From NCBI GenBank assembly GCA_965279375.1, contig OZ257156.1, forward strand, positions 2,400,001 through 2,464,000: a DNA stretch of 64,000 nt, in the 5' to 3' direction. Below the pieces are notes generated by a model. The model saw only the letters and a program-made list of their open reading frames with translations. It did not search any database and had not been told where the DNA came from. The translations under genes were made by a program, and so were the position numbers. Origin of the DNA: Gemmatimonas sp. GTDB taxonomy: Bacteria; Gemmatimonadota; Gemmatimonadetes; Gemmatimonadales; Gemmatimonadaceae. Positions 28,860 through 39,097 of this stretch are shown here, piece by piece (positions within the stretch are counted from its first letter, which is position 1; each line of letters begins with the position of its first letter).

Positions 28860-31475
28860 ATGTCCCGAATTCCTTCCCGTTCATCGACTTACCGCGTCAC
28901 GCGACGATTTTCGCGTGCGACGTGTGCTGCAGCGGTGACGGTATGGAGTTTGGCGCTGCTGCAGGCGTGCAACGGTGGTGAGGCGACGGCTCCCACGGTT
29001 CCATCAGGAGCGAAGTCGGCCAACACCGGGGTGCCAACGGGAACGGTTGGCGCCACACTTCCGACGCCGATTCGCTTGCTCGTCACGGGAAGCGATGGTC
29101 GCACGGTGCGGGGCGTACGCGTCACGTGGACGGCGAGCGAAGACGGAAGCGTCAACGCTGCAGAAGCAATCACCGACGGCAACGGCGCTGTCTCCGCGCG
29201 TTGGACGCTCGGGACAAGCGCTGGCCAGCAGACGCTGACCGCGCAGGTGCCGGGACTCGCACCGGTCATCTTCCGCGCGATTGCGACGGCCGATCGCGCT
29301 GCATCGATCAAGCTGCCAAACGCGGCGCCCCGCTTCTCCGTCATCGGCGACACGTTGCGCTTCGATCCAATCGTCTCGGACAAGTTCGGCAACGCGGTCG
29401 CCGACTCGCCGGCGATCGCAATCGAGAGCGGGAGCGAGTTCGTTTCGCTCGCTGGCAGCGCGCTGGTCGCTCGCGCGCGCGGGGTCGCGACGCTCAAGCT
29501 CTCCCTTGATACGGCGAGCACGCGTGTCAACATCACGGTCGATCCGGCGACGCCCATCATCGAGCGCATCGCACCGGACACCATCGTACCAGGCGCCGCC
29601 TTCTCGGTGGACGGGCGGAACTTCGCGTGGCTCGCCGATGCCGTCGAACTTACGGTGGGAGGCGTCAAGGCCACGGTGCTGCGGGCCTCGCCTACACGAG
29701 TGGACGCGATTCTTCCGCTGGGCGCGCTTCCCTGTCAGGCTGTTGGACCACTGCCGGTTAAAGTCACCGTCGCGGCTCGTGCCGACCAGAAGGCGGCAAC
29801 GGTGCAGGTCGCCAATCGCATCGCGCTGGCGCGCGGTGAGTCCGCCAACGTGCTCGACGCCGAACAGGTGCGATGCACGGAACTGCTGCCGCCTGCGGGC
29901 GGGACCCGAGTCAAGTACGTCGTAGCGGTCATCAACACGAGCGTTTCGGCCGCGGCCACGTCGGGCTTCGAGCTGCGTGGCGCGGGCACCGGAGCACTGG
30001 CCGGACAGACCGCCATTTCGCGCGCGCCCTCCGCCTCGCTGCGCAACACGCTCAATCCGACGCTGCTGTCGGCCGTGCAGGGCATCGGCGGGGCGCCACA
30101 GCTATCGGCCCTCGAGCGCACCGCGGAAGCGCAGCACGACGACTATCTCGAGGCACAACGCGCGTTGACGAATCGCGTGGGATCGCCGGCCGCTGCGTGG
30201 CGCGCGCTCCAGTCGGCTCGCGGTGCGATGCGCGCGGCCGCTCGTGCGCCGAGCAGGGTCGGCGACACAGTCATGGTGAAGGCGCTTTTCACCAGCTGCA
30301 GCGCAGGGCGTGACATCAAGGCGCGCGTCGTCTATGCCGGCTCGAAGGCACTGGTGCTCGAGGACCTGCAGGCAACCCGCGCCGGCCAGCTCGACGCGCA
30401 GTACCGGCAGTTGGGCGATGAGTTCGATCGCGTCATGTATCCGCTGCTGCAAAGCCGCGTCGGCGATCCGCTGGCGATGGACGCCAACCTTGGTGGCGAC
30501 GGGCGCGTGACGATGCTTTTCACGCGCTACGTGAACGACTCCCTGCCGGGCATCGCGGGCTATGTCTCGGCGTGCAACTTCTACCCGAAGGGGACGTTCG
30601 CCGCGAGCAATGAGGACGAAGTGTTCTATGCGCGCGTCGCGTCCGCCGCTGAGTCCCCGTCGGACTGGCGTCGCACGATGCGCAGTACCGTCATGCACGA
30701 GGCCAAGCATCTCGCGTCCTTCGCAGAGCGCTTCGCGCGGAGCACGCCGCTCGAGGAGGCGTGGCTCGAGGAGTCCACGGCGCGCATCGCCGAAGAGTTG
30801 TACTCGCGCACGTTTGCGAACGGCGGCAGCTGGAAGGGGAACGTCGGTTTCAGCACGACCGTGCGCTGCGAGGTGTATCAGTGCGATGACCGCCCGCTCA
30901 TGATGTGGAAGCACTTCTCGGTGCTGCAGCAGTACATGCGCGGCGTGGATACGCTGACGCCGATCGGCGCGGCGGCGTCCGGCGACTTCACGTACTACGC
31001 GAGTGGCTGGTCGTTGGTGCGCTGGGCGGCCGACCAGTACGCGGGCGACGAATCGCAGTGGCTCAAGGCGCTCGTGCGCGGCAGCGCGGCCACCGGGCTG
31101 GCGAACCTCTCGCAGCTGACCGGACGCTCGGCGGTCGAGATGCTCGCCGACTGGGCGCTGGCGAACGCGGTGGACGATCTGTCGGGCTTCACGCCGATGC
31201 GGAAGCAGCTGACCTTCCCGAGCTGGAATGTGGCCGACGTGATGAGTGGACTCGCCGGGACGTATCCGACCAGCTTCCTGGCGGCGCCGCTGAAGGCCAG
31301 CGCCATGAGTTTTGGGACTTTCGCCCTGCCGGTGGCTCGCTTGCGGGCCTTTTCCAGCAGCTATTTCAGCTTCGAGGGGCCCCAGTCGGGGAGCCAGCTG
31401 CTGGAGCTGCGTGGGGAAAATGGCGCAGCGTCGCCCCCTGGAACGTTGCGGGTGGCCATCGTGCGCGTCGAATAG
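28860..31475 (+). CDS. Large lipoprotein with Ig-like/IPT domains and a C-terminal HExxH zinc-metallopeptidase-like domain
   Basis: Lipobox LQAC, Big_1-like TDGNG..WTLG, IPT-like PIIERIAP..VDGRNF, VMHEAKH followed by WLEESTA. Confidence 0.75.
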   Translation: MSRIPSRSSTYRVTRRFSRATCAAAVTVWSLALLQACNGGEATAPTVPSGAKSANTGVPTGTVGATLPTPIRLLVTGSDGRTVRGVRVTWTASEDGSVNAAEAITDGNGAVSARWTLGTSAGQQTLTAQVPGLAPVIFRAIATADRAASIKLPNAAPRFSVIGDTLRFDPIVSDKFGNAVADSPAIAIESGSEFVSLAGSALVARARGVATLKLSLDTASTRVNITVDPATPIIERIAPDTIVPGAAFSVDGRNFAWLADAVELTVGGVKATVLRASPTRVDAILPLGALPCQAVGPLPVKVTVAARADQKAATVQVANRIALARGESANVLDAEQVRCTELLPPAGGTRVKYVVAVINTSVSAAATSGFELRGAGTGALAGQTAISRAPSASLRNTLNPTLLSAVQGIGGAPQLSALERTAEAQHDDYLEAQRALTNRVGSPAAAWRALQSARGAMRAAARAPSRVGDTVMVKALFTSCSAGRDIKARVVYAGSKALVLEDLQATRAGQLDAQYRQLGDEFDRVMYPLLQSRVGDPLAMDANLGGDGRVTMLFTRYVNDSLPGIAGYVSACNFYPKGTFAASNEDEVFYARVASAAESPSDWRRTMRSTVMHEAKHLASFAERFARSTPLEEAWLEESTARIAEELYSRTFANGGSWKGNVGFSTTVRCEVYQCDDRPLMMWKHFSVLQQYMRGVDTLTPIGAAASGDFTYYASGWSLVRWAADQYAGDESQWLKALVRGSAATGLANLSQLTGRSAVEMLADWALANAVDDLSGFTPMRKQLTFPSWNVADVMSGLAGTYPTSFLAAPLKASAMSFGTFALPVARLRAFSSSYFSFEGPQSGSQLLELRGENGAASPPGTLRVAIVRVE

Positions 31476-31672
31476 AACGTCGGCGCGGCGGACCGTTTGG
31501 CGGCGATTCCGGTCCGTCCGAACGACCGTTGCCGCGATGGCGGTACACTTTGGAGGGGCCGGGGTACGTCTCCACGGCTCCCCCCTACCGAGGCGTGATA
31601 GCTTACAGCTGACACGCGAGTCGCCGCCGCGAGGCGCGGTTCGCAACGCCCAGAGACATCTGAACGACGACC

Positions 31673-33031
31673 ATGCGAAGTCCTGCCACTGCAAGAGCGC
31701 GACCCGTCTCCCGCAACACGTCCATCGGCGTGCTGGCAGAGTTGCTGTGGGGCGTGGAGTGGTCGCCGCCGCTGATCGCGTTCATGTACTACTTCTTCGT
31801 CGTCACCACCTTTTTCCTCAAGGCGGCGGACGCGGCGATCATCATCGCATTGGTGACGCTGCCCATCCAGCGATATCCGCTGCGCATCGGGCGCGTGATC
31901 ACGCTCTTCGGCTTGTTCCTAGGCTGGGTGTGGATCACGCAGACAGGATCCAGCGAACCTCAAGTCTCGTTCGACGCCGCGTGGTTGCTGACCAAGGTCT
32001 GGATCATCTCCATCGTGGCCTACAACGTCATTCGGACGCGTGCGCAGTTGCGCATGTTCTTCGCGTTCGCGCTGGTCTGCTTCCTCCTCTTCCCGGTGCG
32101 CGGTGCGTTCATCAACTACTTCGGTGGTTATGACATGCAGGGGCGTGCGCTCTGGAACTTCACGTACGCCAACCCGAACGACCTTGCCGCCTTTGGCATC
32201 CTCTACGGCACGTTCGCGCTGGTACTGGCCACGCTGGCGCGCAATAAGCTGACCCGCTGGCTGTCGTTGGGCAGCGTTGGGATCATCGTGCTGTTGATCC
32301 TCTTCACGCAGTCACGCGGCGCACTGCTGGCCGTGATGGGCATGCTGACGGCGATCGTCATTCCGCGATTGAAGAATCCGCGCGTCATCGTTGGCGTGAT
32401 CGGGCTGGGAATCGGCGCGGTCATGTTCGCACCGGCGAGCGTGTGGACCCGCCTTTCCGGTCTTGCCAAGATCACCTCGTCGGACAAGATGCAGCTCGAC
32501 AAGGAGCGCTCCGCCGAACAGCGCTTCCAGATCATGCAGATCGCGGCGATCATCGCCAACGATCATCCGATTACCGGAGTGGGTCCGGGTGTCTATTCGT
32601 ACGTGCACTACATCTACGCGCAGCGATTGCAGAGCCAGTTCCCGATCGCGCTTGGCCGCAAGGATGCGCACAACACGTATCTGAGAACGGCTGCCGAAAC
32701 AGGCTATGTGGGGCTCGCGCTGTTCATGGCGCTGGTTGGCTCGATGCTGTACTGGGCCTATTCGTCGGCCAAGAAAGCGCGCGGCAGCGATCGCGAGGTG
32801 CTGCGCTTTCTCGCGTACGGTCTGACCGCGTACATGGCCGCCGGATTCTTCGGCTCCTACCAATATTTGAGCATCCTGTACGTGCACTTGGCGCTGCTCG
32901 AAGCAACCATCCGTGACGTCAAGGATCGCGCGACGGTGCAAGTCCCCGTGCGCCGCGCACGCCGCTCGTTCGTGCCGCGCATGACGGCGGGCGTGCCGGC
33001 CGGCATGCCCCGCCAGTCACCAGCCGTCTGA
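31673..33031 (+). CDS. O-antigen ligase/polymerase family (Wzy_C) protein
   Basis: NPNDLA, FTQSRGALL, HPITGVGPG, DAHNTYLRTAAETGYVGL, many TM segments. Confidence 0.88.
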   Translation: MRSPATARARPVSRNTSIGVLAELLWGVEWSPPLIAFMYYFFVVTTFFLKAADAAIIIALVTLPIQRYPLRIGRVITLFGLFLGWVWITQTGSSEPQVSFDAAWLLTKVWIISIVAYNVIRTRAQLRMFFAFALVCFLLFPVRGAFINYFGGYDMQGRALWNFTYANPNDLAAFGILYGTFALVLATLARNKLTRWLSLGSVGIIVLLILFTQSRGALLAVMGMLTAIVIPRLKNPRVIVGVIGLGIGAVMFAPASVWTRLSGLAKITSSDKMQLDKERSAEQRFQIMQIAAIIANDHPITGVGPGVYSYVHYIYAQRLQSQFPIALGRKDAHNTYLRTAAETGYVGLALFMALVGSMLYWAYSSAKKARGSDREVLRFLAYGLTAYMAAGFFGSYQYLSILYVHLALLEATIRDVKDRATVQVPVRRARRSFVPRMTAGVPAGMPRQSPAV

Positions 33032-33134
33032 TCGAGCGTCTGCCGCACGCTGAGCGCAGACGCACCGCGCTCCGCGTGCACGCACGGTCGAGTCGCGTGC
33101 CGGCCCGCGCGACGCGCAGTCGCCTCGTCAGCCG

Positions 33135-34631
33135 CTAGCCGCGGCCCCGAAGTCGGCGTACCGCCTCGATGGTTTGCCGGACGCGCGGGCCTTCCGCCGC
33201 CAGCAGATATCCCGCGTACGTGGCCAATCCCACCGCCACGGTCAGCACCAACCGAACGACCGACGGCAGCTCTGCGCGCTCGAGGAAGTAGAACGTCGGT
33301 GTCGTGACGGCAGCCATGATGATCGTGGCGACGAGACTGGGCCGAAGCGCCTTGAAGAGCTGACTCCACGGCAGCTCGATCTCCTTGGCCGCCTCGCGCA
33401 GCTGCGTGGCCACAATGATCGGATAGAAGCTCGTCCAGACCAGCGCCACGGCAAGTGCGCTGTAGTGCGCGGCGACGTAAAAGGCGCCCGGAAGGATGAA
33501 GAAACCGATCAGCGACTGCCGACGCGCGGCTGCCGCGTTCCCCATGGAGATGAGGATCTGTGACGACATCGGTGAGACAGAGCGAATGGCGGCGAACACC
33601 GACAACGCCTGAATCAGTGGGATGGCTCCCACCCACTTCTCGCCGAGGACGACGCGGACAAGATCCGGCGCGATGATCGCCAGTCCGACGCTGACGGGCA
33701 TCAGCACGAGGCTGAGCGCTTCGAGCAGCAGCAGCACGTACCGACGGAATTCGCTCAGGTCATTGCGGACCTTGGCGAAGATCGCCGGCGTGACGCTGAA
33801 GATCAGCGACGAGATCTTCTCGTTGGGCAGGGTGACCAAGGTCCATGCCATGGAGTAGTCACCGAGCACCGCCTGACCGAGCTTGCGTCCAACGACCGCG
33901 AAGTCCGCGTTGGAATACGAGTACCACGCCAAGCGGCTGACCAGCACGTCTCGACTCATCTTCACGAAAGGGCCGACAACCTCGCGTTGTGGCGCGGCCG
34001 GACGGAGCCCCGTGTGATGCAGCAGGAGTCCTGTCAGCACCAGCGTGCCGATCAACTCACTCAGTACCTGCGACCAGTAGCGGCCTCCGAGCAGCGCGAT
34101 GGTGAGCATGCAACCGCTGGCCACCACGGACTTGCCGATCTCCATGCCGGAGAGCCCCTTGAAGCGAAGCTCGCGGCGAAGGATGGATGTGGGTACGGCG
34201 TTGACCGTAGCCAGACCGACGCTGAGCCCCAGCACGGGCAGAATCTTGGCCACTTCGGGCACATGCAGCAGCGCGGCGGCCGGGATGGCGATGGCAGCGA
34301 GGATCACACTGGCTGCGGCGCCACAGAGCAGACCTACGCCGAAGAGCTGGCGGCTCTGGAGTTCGGTGAGCGACGGGGCGGCAACGATCGCGGACCCGAC
34401 CCCGAACTCCGCGATCAGGGAGACGACGCCGACAACAGCGGTGGCGGCGGCGACGATGCCGAAGTCCGCCGGCGACAGAATGCGCGCGACGGCGAGAAAA
34501 ATCGCCCACGTAAAGAACTGCGTAGAAAAACGCGACGCAGCCGTCCAGATGATACCGGACGCAAAGACTCGATCGAGACGCCTAGGCACCTGTTGGTCCA
34601 GCGGAAGCTCGACGTCCAGCGGAGTCGTCAT
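33135..34631 (-). CDS. wzx: Wzx-type polysaccharide flippase (WzxC-like)
   Basis: ARILSPADFG, LRRELRFK, LGDYSMA, LGEKW. Confidence 0.88.
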   Translation of the reverse strand: MTTPLDVELPLDQQVPRRLDRVFASGIIWTAASRFSTQFFTWAIFLAVARILSPADFGIVAAATAVVGVVSLIAEFGVGSAIVAAPSLTELQSRQLFGVGLLCGAAASVILAAIAIPAAALLHVPEVAKILPVLGLSVGLATVNAVPTSILRRELRFKGLSGMEIGKSVVASGCMLTIALLGGRYWSQVLSELIGTLVLTGLLLHHTGLRPAAPQREVVGPFVKMSRDVLVSRLAWYSYSNADFAVVGRKLGQAVLGDYSMAWTLVTLPNEKISSLIFSVTPAIFAKVRNDLSEFRRYVLLLLEALSLVLMPVSVGLAIIAPDLVRVVLGEKWVGAIPLIQALSVFAAIRSVSPMSSQILISMGNAAAARRQSLIGFFILPGAFYVAAHYSALAVALVWTSFYPIIVATQLREAAKEIELPWSQLFKALRPSLVATIIMAAVTTPTFYFLERAELPSVVRLVLTVAVGLATYAGYLLAAEGPRVRQTIEAVRRLRGRG

Positions 34632-34708
34632 GCGTCACTCGCGAGTTGATCGACGAAGCGAGGCGACCGACGCGATGTGGCGGCGCGTTCAGGTTGATTC
34701 TTCGCTGG

Positions 34709-36604
34709 TCACTTCGTCCAAGCATTCGAATTCAAATCTAGCCACGAAGACAGTTGTACTAGATTGAAAATCGTCTGGCTGTGATCATCGGCACCAAGTC
34801 GCTGTTCCTGTAGGACTCGGTTGACTTCCGTCACATTCACCCAGCCTGATGCAGAGACCGGACCCTCGAGAATCGTGGTCTGAAGCGAGTTGAGCATCTC
34901 CGAAGAGAACCAGCTGCGAATGCCGTTCGGAAAGCCGTACTTGACCTTCCGATCGACGACCGACGCCGGAATTTGTCCGCGCATCGCGTCTCGCAGCGAC
35001 CGCTTGTTCCAGCCGTCCCACATCTGTGCCTCGAGCGGCAGGCGAAGGCCGAATTCGACGAGACGATGGTCGAGGAAGGGCACACGCGACTCGATGCTGT
35101 GCGCCATGGAATTCCGGTCTTCGATTCGCAGATACTGCGGCAGTGGAGTCCGGAAGACCGCCTGACGCAGTGACGGCCCGAGCCGCGTGTCCGAGGCGTG
35201 TAGCGGATTCGGTGTGATGAGGGCGGCGAAATCGCGCGTCAGCAGCGGGCTGCTCGCGTCACGGCGAGCGAGACGGACCTGGCGCTGGTGGCGGTAGGCC
35301 GGGATGCGGCTGAGCAGTGTGCCGCGGACCGCACGCGCGCAGCGCAGCAACACCGCCGACACCGGCGTGCCGTTCTGCTTTGCCAGTAGCGAGGCCTGAC
35401 TGAGCAGCGATGGGAACCGGCCCTGCATGGCCAGCGACACGAACAGACTGTCGAAGTAGCTCGGGTAGCCCGCGAGGCTTTCGTCGGCGCCATGCCCCGA
35501 CAGCACCACGCGAATGCCATTCGATGCAGCCAGACGGTATAGCTCGTAGCCGATCAGTGCGGACGCCGAGTGTACGGGCTCATCCTGATACCAGACGAAG
35601 TCGCGCATCGAATCGAGCATGTGCGCCGCCGAGGCGTCAGTCACGCGATGGGGCAGGACTTTCGTCTGCTCGATGGTGTCGCGCAGCTGCGCGGTTTCGT
35701 CATATCCATCGCCGGCGTAGCAGAAGGCGTGGATGGGGAACGTGCGTCCCTCGGGGCCGCCGGTGAGCTTCGAGAAGCGGCAGGTGATCGCGGTGGAGTC
35801 CATCCCGCCGGAGAGCAGCACTCCCACCGGCACATCGGCACGCAGGTGCAGCTTCATCACGTCGTCGAACAGCGCGTCGAAATCCTCGGTGCGCGAGGCG
35901 CCGTCATCCGGCACGTTGTCGGCCGACCAGTACAGGCGGCGCGTGACCGTGCCCTCGGGAGAGACGGTGAGGCATTCCCCCGCGTGAATCTGTTCGACGC
36001 CGGCGAGGAAGGTCTCGCGCGACTCGGGCATCGCATCGGTGCGCCCGACGGCCAGCCACTCCGCGAACCGAGCGAGATTCGGCCCCTCGGTCCACAGCCC
36101 TGAGTGACGGATGACCTTCAGTTCGGAGGCAAACAGCAGCCCCTTCTTTGACGCGTACAGGAAAAGCGGCTTGATGCCGAAGCGGTCGCGTGCGATGAAC
36201 GCCGCCCCGGTCCGTCGATCGACGATGCAGAACGCGAACATGCCGCGCAGGCGGTCCACGCAGGCCGCGCCCCACTGCGCGTATGCAGTGAGAAGCACTT
36301 CGCTGTCGCCGCTGGAGCGAAATTCGTGACCGAGCGCACGGAGTTCGGCGCGGAGTTCTACGTAGTTATAAATCTCCCCATTGAACACCATCGCAAATCG
36401 ACCTGCCGGGTCGAGCATCGGTTGATGCCCGGCGCTGGAGAGGTCGAGAATGGAAAGTCGACGAAAGCCGAGGCTCCAGTGTCCCTCCGAGAAGAGTCCT
36501 GAGTCATCTGGACCGCGGTGACGAATGGTGTCCAGCGCCGCTTGAACCCAGTCAGCTTGGATCTGTTTTTCCGCAGCGCTGAAAAACGCCAGAAAGCCAC
36601 ACAC
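34709..36604 (-). CDS. asnB: Asparagine-synthase-family glutamine amidotransferase (copy 1)
   Basis: GTG start giving an N-terminal Cys (MCG), HRGPD, FNGEIYNY, RDRFGIKPL, LSGGMDS, SGHGADE, RVPFLD. Confidence 0.92.
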   Translation of the reverse strand: MCGFLAFFSAAEKQIQADWVQAALDTIRHRGPDDSGLFSEGHWSLGFRRLSILDLSSAGHQPMLDPAGRFAMVFNGEIYNYVELRAELRALGHEFRSSGDSEVLLTAYAQWGAACVDRLRGMFAFCIVDRRTGAAFIARDRFGIKPLFLYASKKGLLFASELKVIRHSGLWTEGPNLARFAEWLAVGRTDAMPESRETFLAGVEQIHAGECLTVSPEGTVTRRLYWSADNVPDDGASRTEDFDALFDDVMKLHLRADVPVGVLLSGGMDSTAITCRFSKLTGGPEGRTFPIHAFCYAGDGYDETAQLRDTIEQTKVLPHRVTDASAAHMLDSMRDFVWYQDEPVHSASALIGYELYRLAASNGIRVVLSGHGADESLAGYPSYFDSLFVSLAMQGRFPSLLSQASLLAKQNGTPVSAVLLRCARAVRGTLLSRIPAYRHQRQVRLARRDASSPLLTRDFAALITPNPLHASDTRLGPSLRQAVFRTPLPQYLRIEDRNSMAHSIESRVPFLDHRLVEFGLRLPLEAQMWDGWNKRSLRDAMRGQIPASVVDRKVKYGFPNGIRSWFSSEMLNSLQTTILEGPVSASGWVNVTEVNRVLQEQRLGADDHSQTIFNLVQLSSWLDLNSNAWTK

Positions 36605-37086
36605 TATAGGGCGTTGCAAAAAGGTCTGGGGGAGCGGCACTGCCACAGCTGACGGCTGATGACCGACCGTCTTGGCAGGAGAGAAAGCACGTCCGGGAAG
36701 GCCTCGCGAGCTCTGCCTTGACAAATTAGCATAAGCTGGCGCGCTCCGGGGCGGCGAAACAGTCGAGCCACAATCCACTCCTTATCGCAAGCTTAGCCGG
36801 GCGAGCGGTTGAAAAACGTCTCCCAGCGGAGATCCGCGGGTGCAGGACGACTTGACGGGTGCGCAAATCGAGACGCCTGCGCCTCGCTTGAGCCTGGTCA
36901 GCCTGCCCTCACGGTGTCACCAGCTGGCCCGCGGCTCGCACAAAGGACGATCGAAGCCGCCACGAGTGACAGCCTCGCGGGCGTCCTCGCGACCCCCGGG
37001 AATCGAGGGCGTGAACGTGCAATCCATCATTACTTTGCACCGCAGGACCTCGCTTCCCCGCGCACCATCTCCACCGGAACGGACTT

Positions 37087-38217
37087 CTGTCGAACTCTCC
37101 ATCCTCCGCACGAGCAACCGGCCAACGACCGTTCAGCGGACATCTGCTCGAACTCGATGGCTTTCGTGCAATCGCTGTGTGGATGGTGGTGCTCGGTCAC
37201 ATGGTCGATGGCTGGCCTCTCCCCAGAGAGGCGACCGCGTGGATGCCGGGCGTGCTCTCGCAGGTCATCTCGCACGGTTGGCTCGGTGTCGATTTGTTCT
37301 TCATCCTGTCCGGCTTCCTGATCACCGGAATTCTGTCGGATAGCAGGCGCGAGCCATCGTTCTTCAAGAACTTCTACGGCCGACGCGCGCTTCGCATTCT
37401 GCCGCTGTACTTCGTCTGCATCGCGATCATGTACGCGTGCTACGGCGGTTCGTACTTTCTGGTGGCTGCGCTGTTTGCCGCGAATTTCGCTCCTGCCTTT
37501 GGTGTGTCCACGCCGCATGGGCCAGGCGTGTTCTGGTCGCTCTCCATCGAGGAGCACTTTTACTTCGTCTGGCCTGTTGCCGTTCGACTTCTCGAACGAC
37601 GAGCGCTGCTGGTGCTGGCCATCGCCATTGTGGTTGGCTCTCCGATACTGCGCTGGTTCGCGGTCACGTCCGGCGTGAGCAGCATGGGTGTCTACCAGTA
37701 CTCGCAGTATCGGTTTGATGGACTCGCACTGGGCGCGTGCCTGGCGATCTGGGCCCGCTCGAGCTACGCGAACCGTCGTGGGGCCGCCATCCTGGTTGCG
37801 ACGCTACTCGCGACCATCACGGTGGCGACGCTCGGCACACTGCACCTCGGCGTGCTGGAGTCCGGGACGCCCATGGGCGTCGCGTTGCGCTCGACGCAGG
37901 CCCAATTCCTGTTCGCAAGTGCCGTCGTTGTCGCGCTCACATTGCGCGGGAGCATGCTCACCGCGCCCCTGCGCTCGGGCTTCGCTCGATTCAGCGCAGG
38001 CCTCAGCTACTGTATCTATCTCATCCACCTCTCGATCGGTGACCTCTACTACTGGTCGCTCGGTCGACTCGGCGTGGAAGAACTCCCGATGTTCGGTGCT
38101 GTCGGTGCGTTGGCCGTTCGGTCTGCCGTGATCATCGGCGTCACGTTGGCGCTCGCGATGCTATCGCAAAAGTACCTGGAGGCCCCGTTCATGAAGCTGC
38201 GCAAGCACTTCACGTAG
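37087..38217 (+). CDS. Acyltransferase-3 family O-acyltransferase, probable non-canonical CTG start
   Basis: Conserved ELDGFRAIAV lies upstream of the first GTG/ATG. GVDLFFILSG, FWSLSIEEHFY, LSYCIYLIH. Confidence 0.85.
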   Translation: MSNSPSSARATGQRPFSGHLLELDGFRAIAVWMVVLGHMVDGWPLPREATAWMPGVLSQVISHGWLGVDLFFILSGFLITGILSDSRREPSFFKNFYGRRALRILPLYFVCIAIMYACYGGSYFLVAALFAANFAPAFGVSTPHGPGVFWSLSIEEHFYFVWPVAVRLLERRALLVLAIAIVVGSPILRWFAVTSGVSSMGVYQYSQYRFDGLALGACLAIWARSSYANRRGAAILVATLLATITVATLGTLHLGVLESGTPMGVALRSTQAQFLFASAVVVALTLRGSMLTAPLRSGFARFSAGLSYCIYLIHLSIGDLYYWSLGRLGVEELPMFGAVGALAVRSAVIIGVTLALAMLSQKYLEAPFMKLRKHFT

Positions 38218-38241
38218 CCAGCGAGTGCGAGTGTCGGCGTT

Positions 38242-38265
38242 GCGAGGCTGCGAGTGCAGCCTCGC
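38242..38265. terminator. Hairpin between convergent genes
   Basis: GCGAGGCTGC-GAGT-GCAGCCTCGC perfect 10-bp stem, no U-tract. Confidence 0.55.
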
Positions 38266-38291
38266 CGACCGTGCCTAATTGGGAGCGGGGA

Positions 38292-39056
38292 TCAGGCCCC
38301 CGTTCGATGCACCATGAACGCCTTGGCTTGTGCGCCCTCCTGCCAGTACGGCTCGAGCTCCAGCTCGGGGTGCTTCTCCAGCCATTCCCGACAGGCGCGC
38401 TGCTCGCCGAAGTTGCGGTCGGCTCGGTAGCGATACCAGTCGTGAAAGATGATCACGGACCCCTGCACGAGCAGGTCAGTGCAGAACTCGAGCACGGGAA
38501 CGGTGGATTCGTAGAGATCGCAGTCCACCATCACGAGCGCCGCTTGCGTGAGCTGATGCTCGCGCTTCACCGCCGGCGTCAGACTCGCATCGTAGAAACC
38601 GCGCACGGTGCGAATTCGCTCGCGCGGAACTCCCTTCCGCTGCACGTTGGCGAGAAACTCCGGCTCGGAACAGGCAAACGCGCCCGGGTTGTAGTCCGAC
38701 GCACGCGCGATCTCATCGCCCGGCGGCAGGCCTTCGAAGGAATCGAACGCGAAGAGCCGTGGTGGGCGATTGCGCCACGCCTGATACTCCGGACTGCTGT
38801 GACTCTGCGGACTATCGCGGTACTGCGCATCACGCCACCAGGTCAGCGCGTGATACGCCTCGGCGAACGAGTAGCCGGACATCACACCGAATTCGAGATA
38901 GTCACCGGGAACCTGATTCCAGGCGATATGCGACGCGGCGCAGCGGATGCAGCCGTGGTCACCGATGTATTGCAGGTGCCGCGGCTCCGGCGAGATGACG
39001 AACTTGCCGGCAAGACGACGCAACGGCGTGAGCGCCGAACGAAGGAGAGAGTTCAC
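38292..39056 (-). CDS. TylF/MycF/NovP-family sugar O-methyltransferase
   Basis: GDYLEFGV, FAFDSFEGLP, VDCDLYES, IFHDW. Confidence 0.88.
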   Translation of the reverse strand: MNSLLRSALTPLRRLAGKFVISPEPRHLQYIGDHGCIRCAASHIAWNQVPGDYLEFGVMSGYSFAEAYHALTWWRDAQYRDSPQSHSSPEYQAWRNRPPRLFAFDSFEGLPPGDEIARASDYNPGAFACSEPEFLANVQRKGVPRERIRTVRGFYDASLTPAVKREHQLTQAALVMVDCDLYESTVPVLEFCTDLLVQGSVIIFHDWYRYRADRNFGEQRACREWLEKHPELELEPYWQEGAQAKAFMVHRTGA

Positions 39057-39097
39057 AGGAGTGGAGGTGCTGAGGAGCGGGGAAGTGGAGTGTCTCG

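Noticed and set aside
36809..37343. ORFs of 167-170 aa across the asnB/acyltransferase gap
   Set aside because: No motifs, and they overlap the real acyltransferase N-terminus in other frames
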